In this document: in pieces, positions 41,089-50,943 of the stretch
How positions within the stretch are numbered: the first letter of the stretch is position 1
Layout of the letters: the number at the start of each line of letters is the position of its first letter
Source of the DNA: Candidatus Multivoradales bacterium
GTDB lineage: Bacteria; Acidobacteriota; Thermoanaerobaculia; Multivoradales; J023
DNA: 64,000 nucleotides
Direction of reading: 5' to 3'
Assembly (NCBI GenBank): GCA_965248925.1
Contig: CBDFLE010000006.1
Coordinates: 4,576,001-4,640,000, forward strand
Notes under the pieces: model-generated
Told to the model about the DNA's origin: nothing
Database searches by the model: none
The model's input: the letters and a program-made list of their open reading frames with translations, nothing else
Program-made: the position numbers and the translations under genes

Positions 41089-42336
41089 ATGAAGCGACGC
41101 TGGATAACGACCCTTTGCACCCTGGTGCTGTTGGCTGTAGCTCCATTGGCAGCGGAGTCGATCATCGGCACCTTTGATGCCGCGGGCAATGTTGGCCATG
41201 GAGTGATGGAGTTGAACGGCTGGGCATTGGCCAGCACGGGTGTCGAGCGGGTGGTGATCCAGATCGACGGCGAGGACTATGCCTCGGTGCAATACGGCGA
41301 TCTTAGTCCCAGCGTCGAGCGCGATTTTCCCGGCTTCCCGGACGCCTCGCACGCCAACTTCACCTACCAGTTCAACACCACCCAGTTCGACAACGGTCTA
41401 CACTGGCTGAAACTCAAGGTGCAGACGTTGGGTGGTAGCAGCCATGTGGTGGCGTCGCGCGACTTCTTTTTCAGCAACAGCATCTCGACCTTGCCGCCCT
41501 TTGGCCGCATCAACCTGCCAGAGCGCAATGCACAGCTGTTCGGCAACTGCGGCCCGGAGATTCCTGGCCAGGGTCGTCGCTTCAGCCTGGTGACCGGATT
41601 CGCGGTCGATGTCGGGGTGGAGATCGGTGATGCCGGGGTGGGCTACGTCGAGTTGCTGGTCGATGGGGCGATCATTTCCAACACTCGCCTGGCGGCATTC
41701 CCAGCGCCAGCGCCCTTTTTCGAGAACGGCTGCTTCTTCGATCCCGACACCACTCAGCTCTACAACTGCTACGGCTTTCCGCGGCTCGATGTCGAGCGGG
41801 AGTTCCCGTTTGCCATCGATGCTCTCAACGCCGGCTTCCGCTTCGGCCTTGATGTCGGTCGGATGTTGCAGAGTGGCTTTGCCCGTGGGCATCACACTCT
41901 GACCATCCGCTCGGGCGACATTTCCGGCCAAGTGGCCAACATCGACGAGATTCCGGTGACTTTCTTCTGTACCGGCGACCTCGGCAACGAGCCGACTTAT
42001 GGCCAGATCGAGTCGCCCCACCCGCGGCGATCCTACGCCGGCTTGATCCGTTTCGAGGGTTGGGCGGTCGATTGGGAAGGTATCCGCGAGGTGCAGATAT
42101 TCGTCGACGGGGTCTACATCCGCAACGCGCGCCTCAATCAGGGACTCCGCACGCTGGTGGAGATCGACTTTCCGGGATTCCCCGGTACCGATTTGCCGGT
42201 GTGGCGGGCCTTTGTCGACAGCACTCGCTTCTTCAGTGAAGGCGAGCACCAGGCACAGATCATCGCTTTCGACTTCGAGGGCGATGCCACCGTTCTCGGT
42301 GAGACCACCTTCTTCGTCGACAACGAAGATCCCTAG
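41089..42336 (+). CDS. Secreted protein with three Ig-like repeats
   Basis: GGAGG SD; signal peptide; three G(W/F)A...V...(I/V)DG...R.DV...FP...G.H.L repeats. Confidence 0.8.
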   Translation: MKRRWITTLCTLVLLAVAPLAAESIIGTFDAAGNVGHGVMELNGWALASTGVERVVIQIDGEDYASVQYGDLSPSVERDFPGFPDASHANFTYQFNTTQFDNGLHWLKLKVQTLGGSSHVVASRDFFFSNSISTLPPFGRINLPERNAQLFGNCGPEIPGQGRRFSLVTGFAVDVGVEIGDAGVGYVELLVDGAIISNTRLAAFPAPAPFFENGCFFDPDTTQLYNCYGFPRLDVEREFPFAIDALNAGFRFGLDVGRMLQSGFARGHHTLTIRSGDISGQVANIDEIPVTFFCTGDLGNEPTYGQIESPHPRRSYAGLIRFEGWAVDWEGIREVQIFVDGVYIRNARLNQGLRTLVEIDFPGFPGTDLPVWRAFVDSTRFFSEGEHQAQIIAFDFEGDATVLGETTFFVDNEDP

Positions 42337-42437
42337 ATCGATCGCAGTCTCGTCACCGAAGAGCCGGGTTCGCGTCAGCATCCCGGCTCTTTGGCGATCA
42401 GGGCTCCCTGCCGGGCGGTCTCGGCAACGATCCAGCA

Positions 42438-43050
42438 ATGTACCGAACGATGCTCATCGGCCTTGGTTTGTTCGCCTTCATCCCGACCGTGTTGGTGTTG
42501 TTCCTGCGCTTGCCATTCGGTGCCGGGCCTTCCTTGGCCTTGGGGGTAGGGGTGATTCTCGGCCATCGCCGGATTGCCGCTCATTAGGTGGCTAGGCACG
42601 GGGAGTATCGGTGCCTATGGTGCGGTCGTGGTGGCGAACAGCCGGTGAAGGTGCAAGTGCTGTCGCGCGACCGAACTTGGAGTATGGCGGCCTGCCGCGC
42701 CGAGCATGGCAAGTCGGCCGGTCGCCTGCTAGGTCATCTCCAGCACTACCGTCGGTGGATAGCCTTCGGCATCTTCGCGCCCCTGCTGCTCCTACTCGGT
42801 GGCACCCTGATGATCGCCCTGGGCCAGCCGATCGTCGAGCAAGGTTGGTTGCGTTTGATCTTCCGCACTGTGGTGGCAGCTACCGTGGTGACCGTTTCGC
42901 TGAGCTACTTCCGTGCCCTGCCCGACGAACCGCTGCGGTCTCCCCCTTCCACTCCACAACCTCTGCCTGTTGGGAATGGGTAACACCCTGTGAGTCTTTC
43001 GGCTGGTGGGGATCTGGTGGTTGGCCGGGGCATTGCGCCAGGCGTTGTAG
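42438..43050 (+). pseudogene. Pseudogene of a membrane protein with a CxxC motif
   Basis: ATG 42438 hydrophobic ORF, in-frame TAG 42585-42587, continuing as ORF 42588; frameshift near the C run at about 42942 gives LHNLCLLGMGNTL*VFRLVGIWW, with TGA 42991-42993. Confidence 0.65.
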
Positions 43051-43077
43051 GGTGTGATATCATGCTATCATTTCCAG

Positions 43078-43326
43078 ATGGCGCAACTCCTCGTTCGCAG
43101 ACTAGACGATGATTTGAAGGACCGGCTGCAGCAACGCGCGCGCCGGCATGGGCGCAGCACTGAAGAAGAGGTGCGGGAGATCCTCCGCACTGTGGTGCTG
43201 AGGGAAGAAGATCCCGACGTACCGCTGGGCTCTCGCTTGGCGCTCCGATTTGCTCCGTTCCCTCTCGACCAAGAACTTCCCGAGCTGCGCGGTCAAGCGC
43301 CGAGACCGGCCGAGTTCGAATCGTGA
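43078..43326 (+). CDS. vapB: FitA-like ribbon-helix-helix antitoxin
   Basis: MAQLLVRRLDDDLKDRLQQRARRHGRSTEEEVREIL; upstream TGATATCA/TGCTATCA boxes resemble the FitAB operator half-site. Confidence 0.88.
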   Translation: MAQLLVRRLDDDLKDRLQQRARRHGRSTEEEVREILRTVVLREEDPDVPLGSRLALRFAPFPLDQELPELRGQAPRPAEFES

Positions 43327-43742
43327 TTTTGCTGGATACCAACGTGTTGTCGGCGTTGATGCAGCAGAAGCCGGAAAAGGCCGTCATCGCCTGGCTCGAC
43401 CGTCAGCCGAGGGAATCGATTTGGACGACATCGATCACCGTCTTCGAAATTCGCTTCGGCCTAGAACTGCTCGCCGAAGGCAAGCGCCGGAGGTTTCTGG
43501 AGCAGGCCTTCTCTCGAGCGCTGGAAGAAGACTTCGAGCAGCGCATCGTCGTCTTCGACGCGCCAGCAGCAGCGGCTGCTGCCTCCGTTGCGGCCGCCGG
43601 TCGCCGAGAGGGGCGGCCGGTAGAGATCCGCGATGTGCAGATCGCTGGAATAGCCTTGGCCCGGAAGGCGACCTTGGCTACCCGCAATACTCGTCATTTC
43701 GCAGGGACAGGAGTCGATCTCGTCGATCCCTGGGCGGCATAG
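43323..43742 (+). CDS. vapC: PIN-domain toxin (FitB/VapC)
   Basis: ILLDTNVLS, FEI..G, DVQIAGIA, LATRNTRHF, DPW; GTGA overlap with the antitoxin. Confidence 0.93.
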   Translation: MILLDTNVLSALMQQKPEKAVIAWLDRQPRESIWTTSITVFEIRFGLELLAEGKRRRFLEQAFSRALEEDFEQRIVVFDAPAAAAAASVAAAGRREGRPVEIRDVQIAGIALARKATLATRNTRHFAGTGVDLVDPWAA

Positions 43743-43794
43743 TCAAAACTAGCAACGCCGTGGTTTCAAGTGCTGGTAGGTGACGAAACGCCGT

Positions 43795-45435
43795 TTACTG
43801 CGGCAGGGTGCGGTCTTCGACTTGGTCGCCAGTGGCTACCGCCAGCCGTGGCCGGTCTAGGGGATCCATATTTAGCCGCTGGTCGAGCAGCTTGGCGGCT
43901 TCCTCGAAGTGTTCGAAAGCCGCCTGTATCTGCACATCGCCCCGCGCGGTGACTAGGTGGGATGCCTCGAGGCCGAAGGCGGAGTTGAAGATGTCGCCGT
44001 GGATCTGGCGCTTGGCGAACTGGCGCAGCTCAGCATCGGCGAAGAACTCGTCGAGTTTTTCCGGCTTGGCGATTTCATGGTCGAGCAGCCATTGGCGGAA
44101 TTCGTCGGTCAGTTCGGCAGGCGGCTGCCAGGAGGTCTCATTGACTTCGGCCTTGCTCTGATAGTCGACCGCGAAGTCGAAGAAGGCGTTGCGGGCGTAG
44201 AGCAGCTGCAAGGTGGGGTCGGCGACTTTGGGCTTGACAACGATGTCGGGGGTGATACCGCCACCACCGTAGACCTTGCGGCCGATGTCGGTGCGATACT
44301 CGGGGCCGTTGTCCATCAATCCGGCGGCTTCTTCGTCATCGGCTTGGAAGTGGGTGTAGTAGTCATAGAAGGACGAGTAGTCGCGTTGGATCAGCCTGCC
44401 AGAAGGGGTGTAGTACTTGGCGGTGGTCAGGGCCACGCCGGAGCCGTAGGACAGATTGTAGACCGTCTGCACCAGTCCCTTGCCCCAGGTCGGTACGCCG
44501 ATCACCAATCCTATATCGTGATCTTGAATGGCGCCGGCCAAGATCTCGGCGGCCGAGGCGGTGCCGTGGTTGACCAACACTACGATTGGGATGGCGAGCG
44601 GAGTACTGTCAGCGTCGCCGAGGTAGTCCTGGTGCGAATCGGCGATCCGGCCGCGGGTCTCGACGATCCTCGAGGCGGTCGGCACGAACAGGTTGGATAC
44701 CGAAACGGTCTGATCGAGTAAGCCGCCGCCGTTGCTGCGCAAGTCGAGGATCAGCCGCTCCATGCCCTCGCTTTGCAGCTTGGTGACGGCGTCCTCGACC
44801 TCGCGGGAAGTCGAGCGCGAAAAATCGGTCAGCCGGAGGTAACCGGTGCGCGGATCCATCATGTAGGAGAAGCGCACCGTATTCTGCGGGATTTCAGCTC
44901 GGGTAATAGCCACCGCGAGAGGCTCATCAAGACTGCGCCGGGTAATGGTCAGGTTGACCTGAGTATCCTTGGGTCCCTTGAGCTTGCCAACCGCCTCGTC
45001 GAGTTCCATGGTGTCGGTGGGCTCACCCTCGATGGTACTGATGATGTCGCCGGCTCGCAGTCCGAGGCGCCAGGCCGGAGTGCCTTCGATCGGGCTGATC
45101 ACGGTCAGTTGGCCATTGCGCATGCTGACCAGGATGCCGAGCCCAAAGAAGCTGCCCTGCTGCCGCTCGCGCATCTCGAGATAGTCCTCGGGGCTGAGGA
45201 AATTGGTGTGCGGGTCGAGGGTGCGCAGCATGCCGCGGATCGATCCGTAGACCAATTCGCGATATTCGACCTCTTCGCCGTGCGCTTCGTGGGCGGTTTG
45301 TAGAATCTCAGTGAAGACCTTGATGCGGGCGCGGGTCTCGCCATCGACCGCCAACAAGTTGTCGCCCCAGAAAGCTCCGAAGAGGAGGGCGGAGAAGAAA
45401 AGAGCTGATGCGGTGTTGCGCCAAGGTTTCGACAT
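43795..45435 (-). CDS. ctpA: Carboxy-terminal processing protease (S41, PDZ)
   Basis: LDPH, GLGI PDZ, LDLRSNGGG, TASAAEI, GKGLVQ, YYTPSGR, GITPD. Confidence 0.93.
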   Translation of the reverse strand: MSKPWRNTASALFFSALLFGAFWGDNLLAVDGETRARIKVFTEILQTAHEAHGEEVEYRELVYGSIRGMLRTLDPHTNFLSPEDYLEMRERQQGSFFGLGILVSMRNGQLTVISPIEGTPAWRLGLRAGDIISTIEGEPTDTMELDEAVGKLKGPKDTQVNLTITRRSLDEPLAVAITRAEIPQNTVRFSYMMDPRTGYLRLTDFSRSTSREVEDAVTKLQSEGMERLILDLRSNGGGLLDQTVSVSNLFVPTASRIVETRGRIADSHQDYLGDADSTPLAIPIVVLVNHGTASAAEILAGAIQDHDIGLVIGVPTWGKGLVQTVYNLSYGSGVALTTAKYYTPSGRLIQRDYSSFYDYYTHFQADDEEAAGLMDNGPEYRTDIGRKVYGGGGITPDIVVKPKVADPTLQLLYARNAFFDFAVDYQSKAEVNETSWQPPAELTDEFRQWLLDHEIAKPEKLDEFFADAELRQFAKRQIHGDIFNSAFGLEASHLVTARGDVQIQAAFEHFEEAAKLLDQRLNMDPLDRPRLAVATGDQVEDRTLPQ

Positions 45436-45572
45436 CTCTCCATCTTATCAAATCACGCGGGCCGGGCGAGGAAGCTGGTCTCACCAAGCGGTCGACCCAT
45501 ACCGGCAAGCCCGGACTTCGCCTTGACTTAGAGCGCTCCGCGCTGGGATGATCCGGCAGAGGTTACCCAAGT

Positions 45573-45974
45573 ATGTTTGGCTCTCTTGGTGGTCCCGAAC
45601 TCATCTTCATTCTGATCGTTGCGCTGCTGATCTTCGGCCCGCGCAAGCTGCCCGAGATTGGCCGCACCCTGGGCAAGGGGCTTGGCGAGTTCCGCCGGGC
45701 CACCAATGAGCTCAAGCGCACTCTCAATGCCGAGATGATCGAGGACGAGCTACGGCAGAGCGATCCGCGGCGGATCTTGAAGGACGAAATCGACAAGTCG
45801 GTGAGGGTGAGCGGTGAACCGGTCGCTGGTGACGGCGCCGCCGAGGCGGCCGAGCAGGGCGAAGCCCCGGCGGCCGATGGGCCGGTAGCGCGCGGCCAAC
45901 TCGATGCAGCAGCCACCGCTGGGGCCGAAGGGGCTGGAATTGAGGCCGAAACAGCGGATGGCGAGACCTCGTGA
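45573..45974 (+). CDS. tatA: Twin-arginine translocase TatA/TatB subunit
   Basis: GGPELIFILIVALLIFGPRKLPEIGRTLGKGLGEFRRA; upstream of tatC. Confidence 0.9.
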   Translation: MFGSLGGPELIFILIVALLIFGPRKLPEIGRTLGKGLGEFRRATNELKRTLNAEMIEDELRQSDPRRILKDEIDKSVRVSGEPVAGDGAAEAAEQGEAPAADGPVARGQLDAAATAGAEGAGIEAETADGETS

Positions 45975-46777
45975 ACGAGCAGATACCGCCAGCTGGCGGG
46001 CTGAGCGGCCGGGTAGAGGAACTTTCCCGGATGGGTCTCCTCGACCACCTCGATGAGTTGCGCAAGCGGCTGCTCTACGCGGTCTTGGCCTTCGTGGTGG
46101 CCTTCTTGGGCTGTTGGAGTTTCAGCGGCCAGATCTACGACTTCTTGGCCCAGCCGATCTACTCCATTCTTCCAGAGGGCAAGAAGCTAGTTTATTTGGA
46201 TGTGATTGCCCCGTTCATGGTCTATATCAAGACCGCGGCTTTGGCCGGTATTTTCCTGGCGTCGCCGGTGATGCTCTACCAGCTTTGGGCCTTTGTGGCG
46301 CCGGGTCTCTATCGCAACGAGCGTCGCATGGCGGTGCCTTTCATCTTCTTTGGCTCGCTGTTGTTCTTGGCCGGCGGGGCGTTTGCGTACTACATCGCCT
46401 TTCCACTAGCGGTGGAATTCCTGATCGGCATGGGGGCAGAATTCGAAGCGTCGATCACCGTCTCGAGCTATCTGAGTTTCTTGATGACGGTGATCCTGGG
46501 GCTCGGGGTGATGTTCGAGCTGCCGACCTTGATCTTCCTGCTGGCCAAGATCGGAGTGGTGACGCCGCGATTCCTGCTCCGTCACTTCCGCTGGGCGGTG
46601 TTGATCATCTTCGTGGTCGCGGCGGTGATCACCCCAACTCCGGATGTGATCAACCTGTGCGTCTTTGCCCTGCCGACCATCGCCCTGTACCTGGTGGGGG
46701 TGGGGGTTGCCTGGGTGGTGGTCCCCGACGAGAGCAAATCTCAAGCCGAGCAGCCCCCGGCGGCTGACGCCGACTAA
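45971..46777 (+). CDS. tatC: Twin-arginine translocase TatC
   Basis: HLDELRKRL, YQLWAFVAPGLY, FELP, ITPTPD. Confidence 0.96.
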   Translation: MNEQIPPAGGLSGRVEELSRMGLLDHLDELRKRLLYAVLAFVVAFLGCWSFSGQIYDFLAQPIYSILPEGKKLVYLDVIAPFMVYIKTAALAGIFLASPVMLYQLWAFVAPGLYRNERRMAVPFIFFGSLLFLAGGAFAYYIAFPLAVEFLIGMGAEFEASITVSSYLSFLMTVILGLGVMFELPTLIFLLAKIGVVTPRFLLRHFRWAVLIIFVVAAVITPTPDVINLCVFALPTIALYLVGVGVAWVVVPDESKSQAEQPPAADAD

Positions 46778-46815
46778 GCATCAGCCAACTCGGTGTCTGC
46801 CAGCCAAGAACTCAC

Positions 46816-48648
46816 TCAGCGGCTACCTAGGGCAGCCTCGGCGCTCGCGGTGGGCGCTGGCGCCGGATCAGAGCCGACATCGATTTCCAGATTGATGGTG
46901 GCGTCGGTGCGTGCCAGGTGGTCGCGCAAACCGATCGAGATCCGCTTCGGACCAGCGCCCAATTCCAATTTCAGAGGGTAGGCGGCTGACTGCGACAAGG
47001 CCGCCAGAATCTGCTCGTTGGGTATCTGGATCGGTAGCTCAATGCGCCGCATCGGTGACATGCCGCCATTCGGATCGCGCACCACCACGTACATCGAGAC
47101 GCGGCCACTGTGGTGCTCTTCTTCCGGCAGTAGCAGCAGGCGGCTGAAGGGAATCTTGACCAGCACCGAAACTAGGAACTGCCCTTTTTTCTCACCCGGA
47201 TGATGCTGGCCAGGGTCGAGTTCGATTCCGAGAGGGTTGTCGACGGTGCCGTAGTGGCAGGCCGCCAAGGTGAGTTGGGATAGGTGCTCCAGTGGATCTT
47301 TCTGCTTGTAGCCCTTCATATGCCGCACCGACAGCCTGCGGCCGCGGACCTTGATCTTGAGCTTGCGAAAAGACTCGTTCTCACCGTCCGCCAGCTTCTG
47401 GGGGCTATAACCCAGCGAGTAAAAGGTGCGGAAGTCGTGTTTCACCGCTTCGAGTAGTTTGCCGATGTTGGTGGTGTTGGTGAATGCCAAGCCGCCAGTG
47501 TCGGCCGCCATCTGCAGCAAGCTGGCTTGGCGCAGCGTCTGATCCAGGCTGGCGACATCGGAGGTGCGGACTCCCCGTGATGAACTGCCGCTACCACCCG
47601 AGAACTCCGCCGACACATGGCTACCGACGATGCCGCTGTCTTTGGCCGAGATTGGGTAAAACGCCACCCGGTTGCTGCTGGCGCGCTCGGTGAGGTCTGT
47701 GAAAGACTTACTGAGGTCGAGATCGAGACTGATCAGGTTGCTCACCTCGCCCACCATGGTGGTTCGGCCGTTGTCCAAGGCCCAATCTTCGAATTTGTTC
47801 AGCCAGGACTGCGCCAGCGGGCCGGATGGGCGCATCGAGATGCCGTCGCTGACATAGAGAATCGCCTTGCGGCCGGGCAGCCCGGCCAGGCTGTCGGAAA
47901 ATTCGCCGAGAATCTCGGTCGTTCCTTTGCCCCGCCGGTAGAGTTGATCGGAGATTTGCCGCACATCGCGGGCGGTTTTCAAGGCGCGGGATTCGGTGTA
48001 CTCGGGGGAAGTGCTGTCGAGACTAAGGCCGCCGCCGCCGCTGCTGTACAGCGGGATATTCTCCATCTCGCGTAGCAGAATGCGGACCTGGGAGTCGATC
48101 CGGTTGCCCTTGCCGACCGCTTTCTCAAGCCTGCCGAGGGAGCTGGCCAACACCGCCGCGTCGGCGGTGAACTCGTGGACTACTTCCAACCGATCGTCGA
48201 GACTGACCAGCATGACCTGATCGTCGGCGGCCAGGCCGCCTTCCAGATAGGTGCGCAGGTTGGCGAAAATCTGGTTACGAGTCTGGGGCTTGATGTTGGC
48301 ATTGTCGACGAAAATCACCAGACTGAGTTGGCGGGTTTCGGGTTCCGGCGCCAGCCCTTGCTCGCCAACGGCCGCTGGGTCGTCGACGATGGCGCGCTGA
48401 TCTTCGATGGCGAAGAAGTTGGTGATCTCGACTGGCTGGCCATTTTCGAACAGCTCGAAATCGTCGCGTCTGAGCCCCTTCACCGGCTGGCCATCTTTGT
48501 CGGTCACCAACACTTCGACGTTGACCACGTTGATATCGACGGTGTCGAAGAACAACCCACTAGCGGGGTCTTGAGCGCTGCTGACTGGGCTCACTACCAG
48601 TAATGCCGTAGTCGAGATCAGAATTTGTCGAAGGCTTTTCCGGTCCAT
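46816..48648 (-). CDS. Acidobacterial VWFA-related domain protein (paralog A)
   Basis: VVNVEVLVTDKDGQPVKGLRRDDFELFENG, GRKAILYVSDG, AADTGG, YSLGY. Confidence 0.88.
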   Translation of the reverse strand: MDRKSLRQILISTTALLVVSPVSSAQDPASGLFFDTVDINVVNVEVLVTDKDGQPVKGLRRDDFELFENGQPVEITNFFAIEDQRAIVDDPAAVGEQGLAPEPETRQLSLVIFVDNANIKPQTRNQIFANLRTYLEGGLAADDQVMLVSLDDRLEVVHEFTADAAVLASSLGRLEKAVGKGNRIDSQVRILLREMENIPLYSSGGGGLSLDSTSPEYTESRALKTARDVRQISDQLYRRGKGTTEILGEFSDSLAGLPGRKAILYVSDGISMRPSGPLAQSWLNKFEDWALDNGRTTMVGEVSNLISLDLDLSKSFTDLTERASSNRVAFYPISAKDSGIVGSHVSAEFSGGSGSSSRGVRTSDVASLDQTLRQASLLQMAADTGGLAFTNTTNIGKLLEAVKHDFRTFYSLGYSPQKLADGENESFRKLKIKVRGRRLSVRHMKGYKQKDPLEHLSQLTLAACHYGTVDNPLGIELDPGQHHPGEKKGQFLVSVLVKIPFSRLLLLPEEEHHSGRVSMYVVVRDPNGGMSPMRRIELPIQIPNEQILAALSQSAAYPLKLELGAGPKRISIGLRDHLARTDATINLEIDVGSDPAPAPTASAEAALGSR

Positions 48649-48924
48649 GAGTCTCCTCCTGCGAGCAATGCTCAGTACGCTCCATTGAGCGATGTTCGGC
48701 GCGAGCGCACAACCCTACCAGCAGGTCAGCCGTCGCTTTGCGTTGCAGGGGTTGGCGCCGAGCTTACGAGCCGATCAGGTGCCGCCAGGCATCTGGGCAC
48801 GGTGCCCAGCTTATTCCTAGGTGCTGACTAAATAGTAGGCTAGGTCTTGGCGCCGAATCGGCAAGCTCGTCCCCGTAGAGTGACGATTCGACACCGGCGG
48901 CCGCAAGGTCGCGCACCTGCTCGC

Positions 48925-50757
48925 TCAGCCGCCGCCGAGAGGGTCGGCATTCGGCGCGGCGCTTGCACCGACATCGATTTCCAGATTGATCGTCGAGTCG
49001 ACTTGCGCCAGCTGATCGCGCAGACCGATAGAGATCCGCTTGGGCCCGGCGCCCAACTCAAGCTCGAAAGGGTAAGCGGCGAGGCGATCACTGGTGTCCT
49101 GAAGGCTCTTGTTGGGCACCTGGATGGGCAACTCGATGTGGCGCATCGGTGAGCTGCCGCCGGCCGGATCGCGGGCGATGACGAACATCGAGATCCGGCC
49201 TTGGTAGTACCTATCGTCGGGTAGCAGCAGGAGATGGCTGAAGGGTATCTTGACCATCACGGAAATCCGGAACTGGCCGCTCTTTTCTCCCGGGCGGTGC
49301 TTGCCAGGATCGAGTTGGGCCGCCAGGGGGTTATCGACCACACCGTATTGGCTGGCCGCCAGGGTAAGTTGCCGCAGGTGGTCGAGAGAGTCTTTCTGGC
49401 GTAACCCCTTGGCGTGGCGAACCTTCCATCCTTTGCCACTGACCTTGACCTCGAGCCGGCGAAAACGGTCCTTCTGCCCCTCGACGATGGCCTCCGCGGT
49501 GTAGCCTAAAGAGTAGAAGTTGCTGAAATCATGCTTCACCGTGTCGATCAGCTTGCCGATGTTGGTGGAGCTGGTCAGGGCCACGCCGCCGGTGTCGTGG
49601 GCAAGTTGCAGCAGGCTGCTCTGGCGCAGGTTCTCGTCCAAGCTGGAGACATCGGCGCTGCGCACCCCGACCACCGAGGTGGCGAGTAGGCCGTCCCCTG
49701 AGAACTCGGCCGAGACATGGCCGCCCACGAAGCCGCTTTCCTTGGCCGAGATTGGATAGAAAGACACTTGATGGCTGTTGGCTTCTCGGGCGAGTTTGTC
49801 GAAGGCGCTACTCAGGTCGAGGTCCATCCGCACCAAGCTGCCCACCTCGCTGGTGAGAGTGCGCCGATCGTGGTTCAGCGCCCAACTCTCGAATTTATTC
49901 AGCCACGATTGCACCAGGGCGTCGGAAGGGCGCAAGGAGATGCCGTCGCTGACGTAGAGGATTGCTTTGCGACCGCGCAAGCCGGCCAGACTGGCGGCGA
50001 ACTGGCCCAAGACCTCAGTGGTGGCCTTGCCCCGGGCATAGAGTTGTTCGGCCAGGAAGCGCATATCGCGAGCGGTCTTGAGAGCTCTGGCTTCGGTGTA
50101 GTCCTCTTTGGTCACGTCGAGGTCGGTGTTGGTTAGCAGCGGTGTGGTTTCCATCTCGCGCAGAAGGATCCGCAACGGCATCTCCACCCGCACATTGCCG
50201 CCGACCCTGAGTTCCAACTGGTCCAACGAAGCCGCCAGCCGGTCGGCGTCGGAAGTGAATTCGTGGATGATCTCGAGTCGGTCGTCGAGCTTCACCAGCA
50301 TCACACGATCGTCGTCCGCCAAGTCGGCGGCGAGATATCGCCGCAGATTGGCGAAGATCACGTTGCGAGTCTTGGGCTTGATATTGGAATCGTCGATGAA
50401 GATGACCAGATTCAGCTGATGAGTTTCCGGCCCCTGCGCGGCGGGCTGACTGTCGTTGGCTAACTCAATGTCGTCCAACTCCGGGCCAAGTATCTTGAGG
50501 TCGCGGGTCGCCTGCTGGTTTTCGACCGCGAAGAAGTTGCTGATCTCGACTGGCTCGCCGTTCTCGAACAGAGTGAAGTCTGCTGGGGTCAGTCCGGTGA
50601 CCGGCTGGCCCTGCGCATCGGTGACCATCACATCGACATTGATGATGTTGATGTCGACGCTGTCGAAAAAGAGACTGGTGGATGTCTGCTGCGGTTCAGC
50701 GTTGGCGACCGATGCCAGCAGCCAGGCGATGGCCAGAGCAGAACGGAGCTTGAGCAT
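48925..50757 (-). CDS. Acidobacterial VWFA-related domain protein (paralog B)
   Basis: Same architecture and length (610 aa) as paralog A, with long identical blocks such as LELGAGPKRISIGLRD. Confidence 0.88.
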   Translation of the reverse strand: MLKLRSALAIAWLLASVANAEPQQTSTSLFFDSVDINIINVDVMVTDAQGQPVTGLTPADFTLFENGEPVEISNFFAVENQQATRDLKILGPELDDIELANDSQPAAQGPETHQLNLVIFIDDSNIKPKTRNVIFANLRRYLAADLADDDRVMLVKLDDRLEIIHEFTSDADRLAASLDQLELRVGGNVRVEMPLRILLREMETTPLLTNTDLDVTKEDYTEARALKTARDMRFLAEQLYARGKATTEVLGQFAASLAGLRGRKAILYVSDGISLRPSDALVQSWLNKFESWALNHDRRTLTSEVGSLVRMDLDLSSAFDKLAREANSHQVSFYPISAKESGFVGGHVSAEFSGDGLLATSVVGVRSADVSSLDENLRQSSLLQLAHDTGGVALTSSTNIGKLIDTVKHDFSNFYSLGYTAEAIVEGQKDRFRRLEVKVSGKGWKVRHAKGLRQKDSLDHLRQLTLAASQYGVVDNPLAAQLDPGKHRPGEKSGQFRISVMVKIPFSHLLLLPDDRYYQGRISMFVIARDPAGGSSPMRHIELPIQVPNKSLQDTSDRLAAYPFELELGAGPKRISIGLRDQLAQVDSTINLEIDVGASAAPNADPLGGG

Positions 50758-50943
50758 TGCTTGTCTCCTGCTGTCGTCGTCGGCGAAGCAGCTGGAGTGT
50801 CGCCGCGACGCGATGTAGGTCCAATTCAGAAGTTGTGTTGTTGATACTAGGCCAAGGGGGTCTGCCGTGGTGGCAATCTCATCCCCGCAGAGCGACGACT
50901 TAGCACCGCTTGCGGGGCTACAGCTCTCGTCCGGACCCGGTGC

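Noticed and set aside
42585-42993. Stop-codon recoding (Pyl/Sec/Trp)
   Set aside because: TAG and TGA terminate many normal genes here, and the same gene also has a frameshift.
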